Shown in pieces: positions 1 to 13,120 of a stretch of 64,000 bases of DNA. The stretch is from Chiloscyllium plagiosum. Taxonomy: Eukaryota. Made by a program: the position numbers and the translations under genes. The stretch spans positions 94,965,994 through 95,029,993 of the forward strand of contig NC_057718.1 of assembly GCF_004010195.1 (NCBI RefSeq). The letters run 5' to 3'. Each line of letters opens with the position of its first letter. Position 1 is the stretch's first letter. Below the pieces are notes generated by a model. That model did no database searches and was not told where the DNA came from. It saw only the letters and a program-made list of their open reading frames with translations.

Positions 1-2686
1 GCGTGGGGTGTGACTGCATTTGTGTTGGGGGGAGGGGTTGTGTGTGATGCATTGTGACTGAGTGCGTGGGGGGGTTGGGGGTCACGACCGAATGTGTGGC
101 GGGTGGTATGTGGGGCGTATAGGGATCGTGACTGTGTGTGTGGGGTTGGCCGCATCAGAGCATTTCCAATTTTTTTTGTTTTGTTTCTTTGCCACCACAG
201 TGTTGGAGAGTGAACTTAACTCAGTTCTCCCTCCCCGCATCGTTCGTGTGCCATGGCACTGTGGGTGGATATAAGGTATGGAAAGAGCCTCTGGTCCACC
301 CCAGCCCCAGGGTCGATTAAATGAGGTGCCTCAGGGAAGGAGGTGCCGATGTTCTCTGACCCACCTCTTACCCTGTCCCAAAGCCGGTCTGTTTTTGCAG
401 TAGAGAATTTTTCTTGTCGACTTTCTGCAGCATCCTAATTCCCTGATCCCCACTGTGGCAATTACATTAGAGCAATTCCAAAAGATTGTCATTCTCGGGG
501 CTTCTGTACCAGGGTGACCTCTTCCAGCTGAGGGACACAAGTCTTTGGGAGAAATACTTCCTTCCTTATGTATTGATCTCTCGCCAATTTTGACCACCTT
601 CCTGCTGTCCTTTAATATCCGTTAATGAGGGCGAATTGCTAAGTTAATTGCAAACCTCAAGGATCTCTTATCACCGTTCTCCCATTCTCTGTTTTTATAA
701 AGTTGGTTAATTAAGATGTTTTTTCTTTAAAAAAAGTTTAAGAACCTTTAAGAAGTGCAGAGTTGCTAGTATCAATGTAGCATCTACTTAATCCTTTCGA
801 CTTTTCACAGCAACATAAAGCAGTCTGACGTGAGGATGACTTGATGTATAATTGAACGTTCAGCAGTGCTAATATATATTGTGTGACATTCAAACTAGCT
901 AGTTGACCATTAAGCTGCTCTGAATCAGTAAGCTTTGGAAAATAATATTCTATAGATTACCAGTTTTTAAATTAAAGATGTCCTTACTGCCTTTATAACA
1001 AAAACTATGTTGTATGCAAATATTTTGCTTAAATCATTTACCTAGTTTGCTGTTTTACCTAGCTAACAGGAATTTCTAAGAAGGTGTGCATGATGAGACC
1101 ACGAGGCCCCTCACACTTGCCACATCATTCAGTGCGATCATGGCTAAACTCTTTCTTGAACTCTATTGTCCAACCCTATTCCATGTCCTTTTACTTGCTT
1201 AGAAACCAAAAACTATCTGTCTTAATTTTGAACAAAATAATTGACTGGTCTTCCAGAGCCCACTGGGGTGGATAATTCAAGAAATTTGCAGCCCTTTGAG
1301 CAAAGAAATTTCTTGTCTCAGAATGGAATTATTGTGCTCCTTGTCCCAAGACTGTAGGCTCTTTCTAGCCGGGGTCCCAAGCTCAGTGCTGTCAAACACA
1401 CTGCAAATCTTACATATTTGAATGAGATGATCTCTTACCCTCTCAAACGCCAAAGAATAAAGATCCATTCTACAGAATTCCTACTAGGACAATTATTGCA
1501 CGTATCAATTAAAATTTGACTAAAATACAGTATTAGAAATCCTTGGTATATTTCAATGAATTGCAACAGAGGTAATTAATTTCATTTTCGTTAATGTCAT
1601 TAATTTAATTCTGCTCTATCGTATAATATATTGTAGAATTTACCCCAAGCAGTAAGCAAGTTGGAAATAGTTTCATTGCACTTGGCATTAACATGTGTTT
1701 TCATTACAAACCTCTTCCTCAAATTTTTAACTAACAGTTTTAATGGTTCATGAATCGGACAGTTTTCTAAATCCACCAGTTTTTGTTTTGCTTTATAATT
1801 TTTCACATTTTTATCTGATCATCCTCCAGGATGATTCTTCAAACTTTTCTATGATTTTATATATCCCATCTTAGGAGCCTCCACTCTTTCAAAATATTGA
1901 GAAAACTGAGCTGTTCCTACAGTGTGATTATTTTAGTAAGTTTACTCTTTCTGCAGACAAACTTGTATTTGTGAAACTAATAATGTTCTGTTTTTCCCCA
2001 TCAATAATTCTCTGTACAGGCACTCCTGAACTGCAGTATGCTGAACAACATGCCTCTACCTTTATAATGCCCATTGCTAAATACTGCTGCAAAGTACTGT
2101 GTACATGAAGGGCATGAAAACTTTCTAGCTATGGCAGTTGTAACTTTCTACTCATCCCAAGGCTATAAAGTATGAATCAAAACAGCCAATCAGCTCATTA
2201 AGTTTGTTCCTTTCATTGAAAGCTCATGATCCCACCTACATAGGAATCAATTGGCTCACTATTGAAACATAATATTTGTTGCAATGTGTATTTATCTTCC
2301 TTGAAAATCTTAGACAATCTTAGACAAATCTTGTCTAAGTTTATTGCACAGACTGTTGAATTATGTCCTGATTTGAATCATCTTCCTAGGAGGAACTATA
2401 TTCAGTTTGTTTTTGTTCCTGTGTCTGGGGAATTGCTGTTCCATGCATGCAAGACCAAAGTTTGAAACTCCTTGTGAATTTCTAGTATTCATATTTGGGT
2501 CCCATCCATTTGGTGAATATAGACATGCCATTCTGTCCTCAGGTAGAATGATTTACATAAGTACTGTCAGATCTCCAAAGGTAATCTGGTAAAACTTGAA
2601 CAGTTAACTTATTTCCACTTTTGTGCTAGTGAAGACAATTTTGCTGGTCCACAATAGATAACACTCATTAAAGTCACACAGTAACC

Positions 2687-3390
2687 GTCATAGAGAAACA
2701 GACCCTTTCAGTCCATGCTGACCAGATATTCTAACCTAATGTAGTCCCATTTGTCAGCACTTGGCCCGTATCCCTCTAAACCCTTCTTATTCAAATATCC
2801 ATCCAGATGCCTTTTAAATGTTGTAATTATACCAGCCTCCACCACTTTCTTTGGCAACTGAACACTTAATGAAAAGGTCCTGGGAATAAGTAGACCTTGG
2901 AGTGCAGATTTCATGGTTCCTTGAAAGTGGAGTCGTAGGTAGATAGGATAGTGAAGAAGGTATTTGATATGCTTTCCTTTATTGGTCGGAGTATTGAGTA
3001 TAGGAATTGGGGGGTCATGTTGCATCTGTGTAGAAGATTGGTTGGGCTGCTTTTGGAGTGTTGCGTGCAGTTCTGGACTCTCTCCTGTCAGAAGGATGTT
3101 GTGAAACTTGAAAGGGTTCAGAAAAGCTTTGCAAGGATGTTGCCAGGGTTAGAGGATTTGAGCTGTAGGGAGAGGCTGAACAGGCTGGGGCTGTTTTCCC
3201 TGGAGCATTGGAGGTTGTGGGGTGACCTTACAGTGGTTTATAAAATCGTGAGGGACATAGATAGGATAAATCAACGAAATCTTTTCTCTGGAGTGGCATA
3301 ATCCAGAACTAGAGGGTTTGGGTTTAGGGTGAGGGAGCAAACAAATTTAAAAGGGGCTTAAGAGGCAACCTTTTCATGCAGAGAGTGCAT
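2687..3390. mobile_element. CR1 (HER1-like) LINE 3' fragment with internal inversion
   Basis: 2687-~2858 is the 3' tail on minus; ~2860-3390 is the ORF2 C-terminus (CVQFW..KDVVKLERVQ) on plus. Confidence 0.85.
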
Positions 3391-5432
3391 GGTAGAGTGT
3401 TTAATACATATATATTAAAAGCATGCTATTCTTCAATTTGATATGCCACTTCATAATGTACAGCAAAATGTGTAATTGTACCAGCTCCCAAAGCTGTTCC
3501 TGGGGGATAGGGGTTGTGTGGCGGGGGGATGCTCCATCTATTGAAATTGTACTTTTATTTCATTAGCTGTCATTGTTACATTGCAGACATGGACTTTTTT
3601 CTGCACTGGGTGAGTTCATTTGTTTTATAGCTTGTCCCTGTGGAGGTCTTCTAAAAGCTCCAAAAGTTTTAGAAGTAAGGTGTACATGATCTTGGATTTA
3701 TATCCGTGTATTCTCAAGCAATCAAACTTTCATCACTAAGAGTTTCTGACTAATACAACAAAGTTGCAAAATAAAACATCAGTGCAACTTTCTTAATGAA
3801 AATACCATCTTTTTTTTATTGTTGAGGGGAGAAAAGAGGAATTTTAGTCTAATTTAATTACAGGACTCCTGGAGATTTTGGCTATCTTCTATCCTAATTG
3901 AAAGTTATGCATCCGATGCTTGTGTTCCACCTACCAGCCGGGTGGTGTAACTTAGAAACAGAATTCATATTTATATTGTTTGTGAATGCTTTCTAGCCTT
4001 TCCTATGATGTGATTTCTGCTTTAATCATTTCCATATACTGTATATCTTCCTCAATTCATGTTTTTAAATAGCAGCAATATTCTTAAAATCAGAATTGAG
4101 TGAATGCACATTGTTTTTATATTAACAACCATACTTCTTTATTAAGGTTGGAAACATTACCAGAATTTAATCTACACTATATTTTTGTACTTAATATCCA
4201 GAATACTGATCATCTTATAGTCATGACACAATTGACTCTGGCATCCTAAACCTCACAACTGTGTCATTTTGGTTTTTTTTAAACTGTTTAAACCAACTGA
4301 GTTGCATTATTTGTTTGGCTTTAAAGCCTGCAGTCTTTATTGTATTTCTGTTGTCATCATTTGTGTTTACATAGAACCTTTAATTTAGAAAAGTATTCCA
4401 AATATTTTCATAGTCGACAGTAAACTTGAAAGTTTGGAAGCAGGATGAAAACTGGTTGGTAATGACTGCGAATTTTAAATTGGATCCTAAAGAAGAGGTC
4501 TTGGAAGATTTTATGATACTCCAAAGCACAGGGCCTCGATGGTTGAAGCCATGCCACTAACATTAAGGTGAATACAGAGACATTTGAATGAGAAGCTCAT
4601 AATATTTGGCCTATTAGCAGCAGGTACTGGAGAAAAAGCCTGTAATTGGAGGAGCAACTTCTCACTGATTCTGTCCATTCTATTTGCAGCATGACTTTTC
4701 TCTGGTTGCCCCATGATTGAATTTTGCTGGGTATTTGGAGGCCTTCTTGTACTTTGAATCCTGGAATTGGGAGACATCAGAAATGGATTTGTATATGGGG
4801 ATGAAAATTTTAAATTGAAAGTTGGAAGCCAGTGTAGATGAGCAAGGGCAAGAGTAATGGGTAATTATTATTTAGTATCAGGCAATGGAAATTTGAAAAG
4901 TTGAAACTTATGCAGAATGGATGGCTAAAACAGCTTTGAAATAATTGAGTCTGATATTGTTAAATATTTTAAGAACACATGGGCTGAGGTGAACCAAGGA
5001 GAAAGGAGATACTTTGTAACATAGTAGATCAGTCCCAAGCTAAAGTTGCTGTTGCATCAGATATAAATGCCACTCAGTATTGTTCAACATGAGACAGTAG
5101 TATGGAATGAGTGCCAAGAGTCTGAGAGATGGGGTGATTTTGATTGATACTAAACCACATCTAAAGGTCAGGTCAGGTAAGGGAGAAGTGCGTGCAGAAC
5201 CTGATTCCACATTCAAAATTGAATTGTCAGCTTCTGATTTTTTTTAAAAATGGGGACAACATTATGCATCACCCCAGTGGGTTTAGGTTGTTTTCAAACT
5301 TTGATTTTCTACCTTGTAACTATTGTCTGACATTTTCCTTGGAAAAGAATAAGTCATGAGGGCTATGTGATGTCCTTCCATAATATTAATGTAGCCCAGT
5401 GTTTCTCAATGTGGTCTTTAAACTTATTTTTT

Positions 5433-5728
5433 CCCTCACAGCACCAGAAACCCGGTCTGATTCCTGCCTCGGGCAACTGTGTGGAGTTTTGCACATTCTC
5501 CCCGTGTCTGCGTGGGTTTCGTCCAGGTGCTCTGGTTTCCTCCCACAGACCAAAGACATGCAGTTTAGGTGAATTGGCCATGCTAAGCTGCCCGTAATGT
5601 TCAGGGATGTGTAGGTTAGGTGCATTGGTCGGGGAAGTGTAGGGGAGTGGGTCTAGGTGGGGTGCTGTTCAGAGGCTCAGTGTGGACCTTTTGGGCCAAA
5701 TAGCCTGTTTCAACACTAGGGATTCTGA
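5433..5728 (+). mobile_element. HE1-type tRNA-derived SINE
   Basis: Core gtgtggagttt(t)gcacattctccccgtgtctgcgtgggtttc...ggtgaattggccatgctaa is shared with other copies in the window. Confidence 0.85.
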
Positions 5729-6226
5729 GATTATCATGTCTATTAGTAATAGATTAGCAGTAATACTTTTAATTGATCAGATGGTCCAAAACATTTTGAC
5801 TGAGAAGGGAAAATTCATTGATTAATTTTTTGTTTACATATTATTATTCAGATCCTACAGTAAGGTATTCAGACTCACATACAATTACAAAAGTTATTTT
5901 GAGATGTAACAAATTTAGAATTTGATTCTTGCATTGGATTTGTGTGTCTTCCTGTTCTGCTGGCAGTGAGCTGTTTTCATTAAATCACGTTGCTCTACAT
6001 TGAATACATTGCTCTAAACACAAAGGTATAAGAAATGAGATATTTTCGATAAAAATTGGTGCTTAAGAGTATTCACAAAAATCGGAAGAAACAGCGTATG
6101 ATGTATTGTTTATTATACACATTATTTGTCAAACAAATTCAGAATGTATTAGGCAAGCTGAGGACATAATTGCTGAATTTGACTATATGCATGTTTATGT
6201 TGCAGAGGTTGACAAAATAAAGGAAG

Positions 6227-7650
6227 ATGGTCAGCAATCAAGTTGTACTGGAGTCAAGGGCAGCCCCTAAAAACTTGTTGGATGAAATGCACAAACTCCG
6301 GATTTTATGCTACTTCTGTGATGTAACTGTGCAGATAGAGCACCAAGGCAACAAAGAGGAATTTGTTGCTCACAAAGCTGTATTGGCAGCTGCCAGCAGT
6401 TACTTTAAGGAACTGTTCCTTAATGAAATGGTGAACACTAAGATTACTATCGTTACTTTGCAAGACATTTACACAGCAGACTTTGCCTCTTTTTTGGATT
6501 TTGTATATACTGCAAAAGTCGAGGTCGAAGCCGAGAGGGTACAAAGATTACAGGAGATTGCAGAGAAATTGAAGTGCAGGGAACTAGCCGAAGTTTGCAG
6601 TCAAGTAAAATCACAGATACTTGAGTCAGCTCTAATGGACTTGGGCAATTTGGCTGATTCCCAGGGAGCAGAAGGAATTATAGACAATAAACAGGACAGT
6701 GATTGTATTTCAATTTCTTCTCAAAACACATCAGCAATTCCTTCAACAGTAGACATTCGCCAAGTGTCCACTGCCTATGATATTTCTGATGAAGAGAAAT
6801 CTCATGATCAAGATTATAAGCCATTGCTAGTAACCACTAGAGCCAAAGGCTGGGAAAAGTCAGAAAAAGAGAAGAAAATGGGGAAACCTTTCAGTGGAAA
6901 GGCCAAGCGAGCCAGTGGAAGGCTGGCAGGCCGAAAAGTCTTTTTGGAAATTCCCAAAAAGAAATATACTCGTAAGCTTCGTGAGCAAGAGAAGGTTGAT
7001 CAAAATTTTGAAGAGGGATCTGAAAAATTGACCTGTGTAGAAGATAACCAAGTTGATGAAGACCAAGTGAAAAAAGAAACGATGGCTGAAATTGTTGAAG
7101 ATCCAGATGAAGAAGATGGGATGATGGAAGGGGACGATGATGAAGATGAAGCAGAGAGTGATAGTGATTTTGAATTAGATGAGGATACCAAAAAGACACC
7201 TGATGAGATTGAGAAAAAGAGAAGAGGTGGAAATTTTAAATGTGACAAATGTGAGAAAGACTTTCAATATGAGAAGAGCTACTTGAAACACATAGAGCAG
7301 AATCATGGTGTTACGCCTGAAATAATTTATCGCTGTGACACTTGCAATCAGACTTTTGCTAACCGCTGTAACTTAAAAAGCCACCAAAGGCATGTCCATG
7401 TTGAAGAGCGTCGCTTTCCATGCTCACTTTGTGGTAAAAAGTTTAAAAGGAAAAAAGATGTGAAGCGGCATAACCTTCAGGTTCATGAGGGTGGTGGAGA
7501 GCGTCACTTATGTCTGCAATGTGGTAAAGGACTGAGTTCCAAAACTGCTTTGAGACTCCATGAAAGGACACACACTGGAGATAAGCCTTATGAGTGCACG
7601 GAATGTCATGCTAAATTTTCTCAGCCATCTGCACTGAAGGTGCACTTGAG
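6227..7650 (+). CDS. GZF1: GZF1 first coding exon (BTB domain, acidic tract, ZF1-5)
   Basis: Acceptor tgcag at 6201-6205, in-frame TAA upstream of ATG 6227, BTB motif FCDVTV..F.AHKAVLAAASSYFK, donor AG|gtaaaa at 7651. Confidence 0.95.
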
Positions 7651-7724
7651 GTAAAATTGTGCTGAATAACTTTTTATAGTATGGATTTTGAGCCACTCAG
7701 TTATCTCTGCATGGATTTGAGGTA

Positions 7725-9612
7725 CTGTATAAACTCGTGTAAAAGTCAATTTTTTTTAGACGTTTTTAAAGTTGAAATTAGGAGATTGACTATTATGTAA
7801 GTATTGTTTTCGAGGGGATGGAATTCATGCTTGTTTTGAGTCAAAAATGGGCATACAAGAGCCAGATCACAATATAATTCTTTTTCCTTTTGTTTATTAT
7901 TTTATGAACATTATTGAATATTTGTCTACAAAATAACTGTGTCCATTCTGCCTCCTGCAGTAGAATGGTACTGTCATACCGTATTCCAGTTACCAGTACC
8001 GTAAAATGCATGTAGGTCTGCACATACCATATATAGTATAGTAATAGTTTAATTTTTTTGACTACTTTTTAAGGTTAAATTTATGTGGTCAACTCGACAA
8101 GGTTCCCATGGGAGACTGATTAGCAAGGTTAGATCTCATGCAATACAAGGAGAACTAGCCATTTGGATACAGAACTGGCTCAAAGGTAGAAGACAGAGGT
8201 TGGTGGTGGAGGGTTGTTTTTCAGACTGGAGGCCTGTGACCAGTGGAGTGCCACAAGGATCGGTGCCGGGCCCTCTACTTTTTGTCATGATTTGGATGCA
8301 AGCATAAGAGGTACAGTTAGTAAGTTTGCAGATGACTCCAAAATTGGAGGTGTAGTGGACAGCGAAGAGAGTTACCTCAGATTACAACAGGATCTGGACC
8401 AGATGGGCCAATGGACTGAGAAGTGGCAGATGGAGTTTAATTCAGATAAATGCGAGGTGCTGCAGTTTGGGAGGGCAAATCTTAGCAGGACTTGTACACT
8501 TAATGGTAAGGTCCTAGGGAGTGTTGCTGAACAAAGAGACCTTGGAGTGCAGGTTCATAGCTCCTTGAAAGTGGAGTTCGCAGGTAGATGGATAGTGAAG
8601 AAGGTGTTTGGTATGCTTTCCTTTATTGGTCAGAGTATTGAGTACAGGAGTTGGGAGGTCATGTTGCGGTTATACAGGACATTGGTTAGGCCACTGTTTG
8701 AATATTGCGTGCAATTCTGGTCTCCTTCCTATCGTAAAGATGTTGTGAAACTTGAAAGGGTTCAGAAAAGATTTACAAGGATGTTGCCAGGGTTGGAGGA
8801 TCTGAGCTACAGGGAGAGACTGAATAGGCTGGGGCTGTTTTCCCTGAAGCGTCAGAGGCTGAGGGGTGACCTTTATAGAGGTTTGCAAAATTTATGAAGG
8901 GCATGGATAGGATAAATAGGCAAAGTCTTTTCCCTGGGGTCGGGGAGTCCAGAACTAGAGGGCAAAAGTTTAGGATGAGAGGGGAAAGATATAAAAGAGA
9001 CTTAAGGGGTAACCTTTTCACGCAAAAGGTGGTACGTGTATGGAATGAGCTGCCAGAGGATGTGGTGGAGGCTGGTACAATTGCAACATTTAAGAGGCAT
9101 TTGGTTGGGTATTTTAATAGGAAGGGTTTGGAGGGATATGGGCCGGGTGCTGGCAGGTGGGACTAGATAGGGTTGGGATATCTGGTCGGCATGGACAGGT
9201 TGGACCGAAGGGTCTGTTTCCATGTTGTACATCTCTATGACTATTACAGGGATGACTACTTTTGAGGGTCTGAAGTTCATGTTCAAGTTCAAAATTCATA
9301 CAGTTTCATTAGCCGAAGTCCAGTTGATGTCTAAACAAATAAAGAAGAAAAACACAAAAATTACAGTAATTCTGACAATCTGGAACAGAGAGCAACAAGC
9401 CGGTAGACTGGAAGATCCAGTCGGAATGGAGCGGTACACCCAGCAGACTGGAAAGCTGGAGTGGAGTGCAACGGGCAGGCACACTGACTCATAAATGTTG
9501 ATCTGTTATCTGTGAAGAACTAGGGTCGACTTATATTGAAAATTCCAGATTTTTTGATGAAAGGTAAGAGGTTAACTTTACATGAGATCGACTTATACTA
9601 GAGTATATAAGG
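7725..9612. mobile_element. Non-autonomous Tc2/pogo-like (Tc1-mariner superfamily) DNA transposon, interrupted by a CR1
   Basis: Degenerate ~25-bp TIRs (ctgtataaactcgtgtaaaagtcaa vs reverse complement ccttatatactctagtataagtcga) flanked by TA at 7723-7724 and 9613-9614; second copy at ~22450-23098. Confidence 0.65.
8083..9245 (+). mobile_element. CR1 LINE, 5'-truncated (RT C-terminal half and 3' tail)
   Basis: SGVPQGSV.GP, SKFADD, LYRTLVRPL.EYCVQFW, tail ctctatgact. Confidence 0.92.
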
Positions 9613-10166
9613 TAGTTCAGAGGATGTCCCAATGATCTTGTTAGTTACAGCAATATAATCTACACATAATTAAAGTATAATCTTGTGCCTTTTATGAGCA
9701 AGATGGAAGAAGTAATTTATTCATGTAAAAATATGCAGAAGAGTTCTTCATCTTGAAATTTCTTTAGAAAACTGCATTTTCTTTGAAAGCATTGTTTCAT
9801 TGACTAGGTGATTTGCTAACCAAAGTAAAAAGGAAATGTTCTTGAGCATGCATATGGTGAGACAACCTCATGCCTGCCATTCCACTTAGCCAGACTCCAG
9901 TCTGTGGTGTTGATTTTTATTTAATCAGCAACTGCAATTCCTGGAAGCCATGCAATAGCCACCTCTTTTCTGAGTTGTGGAAGTGAGCACCTTGATAATG
10001 TGTAGCATTGTTTGTCTTTCAACGAGTGCATAAGTAGTTTGTACTGAGGCCTCATTGGCAGAGATTGCCTGTCCTAGCTTGTGCTGAGCCTCTTTATTAA
10101 GGTCCAATTTTCACTCTGCTATTTCAAAGCCTGCCACTTGACAGATGGGGTTTGTCACACGGAACT

Positions 10167-12062
10167 TAGAGTCATAGAGATGTACAGCACAGAAACAGTC
10201 CCTTCGGTCCATGCCGACCAGATATCCCAATCCAATGTAGTCCCACCTGCCAGCACCTGGCCCATATCCCTCCAAACCCTTCCTATTCATATGCCCATCA
10301 TGATGCCTTTTAAATGTTGCAATTGTACTAGTCTCCACCACTTCCTCTAGCAGTTCATTCCATACACTTAACCACTGTCTGCATGATAAAGTTGCCCCTT
10401 AGGTCTCTTTTATATCTTTCCCCTCTCACCCTAAACGTGTGCCCTCTAGTTCTGGACTCCCCCACCCCGGGGAAAAGACTTTGTCTATTTATCCTATCCA
10501 TGCCCCTCATGACGTTTATAAACCTCTACAAGGTCACCCCCTCAGCCTCCAACGCTCCTGGGAAAACAGCCCTAGCCTATTCAACCTCTCTATAGCTCAA
10601 ATCCTCCAACCCTGACAATATCCTTGTAAATCTTATCTGAACCCTTTCAGGTTTCACAACATCTTTCCGATAAGAAGGAGGCCAGACTTTCATGCAATAT
10701 TCCAACAGTGGCCTAACCAATGTCCTGTATAGCCGCAACATGACCTCCCAACTCCTGTATTCAGTACTCTGACCAATAAAGGAAAGCATACCAAACGCCG
10801 CCTTCACTATCCTATCTAACTGCGACTCCACTTTCAAGGAGCTATGAACCTGCACTCCAAGGTCTCTTTGTTCAGCAACACTCCCTAGGACCTTACCCAT
10901 TAAGTGTATAAGTCCTGCCAAGATTTGCTTTCCCAAAATACAGCACCTCACATTTATCTAAATTAAACTCCATCTGCCACTTCACAGTACATTGGCCCAT
11001 CTGATCAAGATCTCGTTGTAATCTGAGGTAACCTTCTTTGCTGTCCACTACACCTCCAATTTTGGTGTCATCAGCAAACTTTGCCTCTTATGCTTACATC
11101 CAAATCGTTTATAAAATTATGAAAAGTAGAGGGCCCAGCACCGATCCCTGTGGCATCCCACTGGTCACAGGTCTCCATTCTGCAAAACAAAAGCTCCACC
11201 ACCACCACCCTCTGTCTTCTACCTTTGAGCCAGTTCTGTGTCCAATGGTGAGTTCTCCCTGTATTCCATGAGATCTAACCTTGCCCACCAGTCTCCCATT
11301 GGCAACCTTGTCCAATGCCTTACTTAAGTCCATATAGATCGCATCTACCACTCTGCCCTCATCAATCCTCTTTGTTACTACTTCAAAAAACTCAATCAAG
11401 TTTGTGAGACATGATTTTCAATGCATAAAGCCATTTTGACTATTCTTAATCAGTCCTTGCCTTTCCAAATACATGTACATCCTGTCCCTCAGGATTCCCT
11501 CCAACAATTTGCCCATCACCGAGGTCAGGCTCACTGGTCAACAGTTCCCTGGCTTGTCCTTACCACCTTTCTTAAACAGTGGCACCACGTTAGCCAACCT
11601 CCAGTCTTCCGGCACCTCACTGTGACTATTAATGATACAAATATCTCAGTAAGAGCCCCAGCAATCACTTCTCTAGCTTCCCACAGAGTTCTCGGGTACA
11701 CCTGATCAGGTCCTGGGGATTTATCCACTTTTGTGATTCAAGACATCCAGCATTTCTTCCTCTCTAATATGGACATTTTTTCAAGATGTCACCATCTATT
11801 TCCCTATATTCTATATCTTCTATCTCCTTTTCCATAGTAAATACTGATGCAAACTACTTATTTAGTATCTCCCCCCATCTCCTGCGGCTCCACACAAAGG
11901 TTGCCTTGCTGATCTTTGAGGGGCCCTCTTCTCTCCCTAGTTAGCCTTTTGTCCTTAATGTAATTGTAAAAACTCTTTGGATTCTCCTTAACTCTATTTG
12001 CCAAAGCTATCTCATGTCCCCTTTTTGCCCTCCTGATTCCTCTCTCAAGTATATTCCTACTG
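10167..12062 (-). mobile_element. CR1 LINE, 5'-truncated (~1.9 kb of ORF2)
   Basis: KSPGPD, DAIYMDLSKA.DKV, SGMPQGSVLGP and the 3' tail; frameshifted. Confidence 0.92.
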
Positions 12063-12910
12063 TTAGAGAATTCCCATGGGAATTGTGACAATTTGTGATG
12101 TACAACCAATGTTATCAAGAGAAGATTCAAAAGTTGAAAAGAAAGTCGACCCTAGTTACGTTCTGGAGTCTAGAAGCTGGTTAGAAACCAGCAGTATTGG
12201 GATGCCATTGTTCCCTCTCATTCTTTACAGTCTGTTTGCGCACTGCAGTGCATAGTCTCTAAGATTGTCACATGACCATGCATAGGCATAGCTTAAAACA
12301 CTTAATTATGCATGGCACATTCCTGATATCTTTTGGGCCACAAACCCATACTGTTTAGAGGAAAGATTAGTGGTGATTTGAATTTATGTAATGTTTTACC
12401 TGTACATCAGTATGACAAACAAAAGTATGAATGCCAAACAGGTAAAAGAGAAAAATTAGAGGGGGAAGATCTCAAAGCATCAGAGAGCAGGGGCTTAAGG
12501 TGTCTTTTGAAGATAGAGAGAAAAATAGCAAGCCAAAGTTTCAAGAGTGGATTTCAGATTGGAGTGTAGGAGCATGCTACTTTCTTACATCCCCTTTTCT
12601 CCTTTGGTAATGAGATTGGGAAAGAAGTAAGGGAAAGACTTGCTTCAAGTATTTTATCATATTTTTTGGACTGATATTGTTAAAAAAAACCTTTCAGGTC
12701 AATTTGATAGTATTTGTGAACCCCCACTTGAAAATTGAGATTTTTGTCAGAGTTACGAATGCATACCTAATTTCAGAACCTTCAAATCAAGTAATCACAC
12801 TGCCACTGGTTGTTTTGATGTTGTAACTGTACTGCATGCAGCATTGGAAAGGGCATTTCTGCTTTAGAATTTAATGTAGTTCTTATGCAATTTCATGCAA
12901 TGTTTTGTAA

Positions 12911-13120
<210 letters not shown>

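Noticed and set aside
1..150. GT/G-rich start as promoter or G-quadruplex element
   Set aside because: Low-complexity sequence, probably in GZF1 intron 1; no TSS evidence in the window.
2020..2200. Possible GZF1 5' UTR exon after ctctgtacag
   Set aside because: Acceptor-like only; no convincing donor.
2309..2340. Short cttagacaa tandem/inverted motif
   Set aside because: Explained by a local slippage or template-switch event; no evidence of function.
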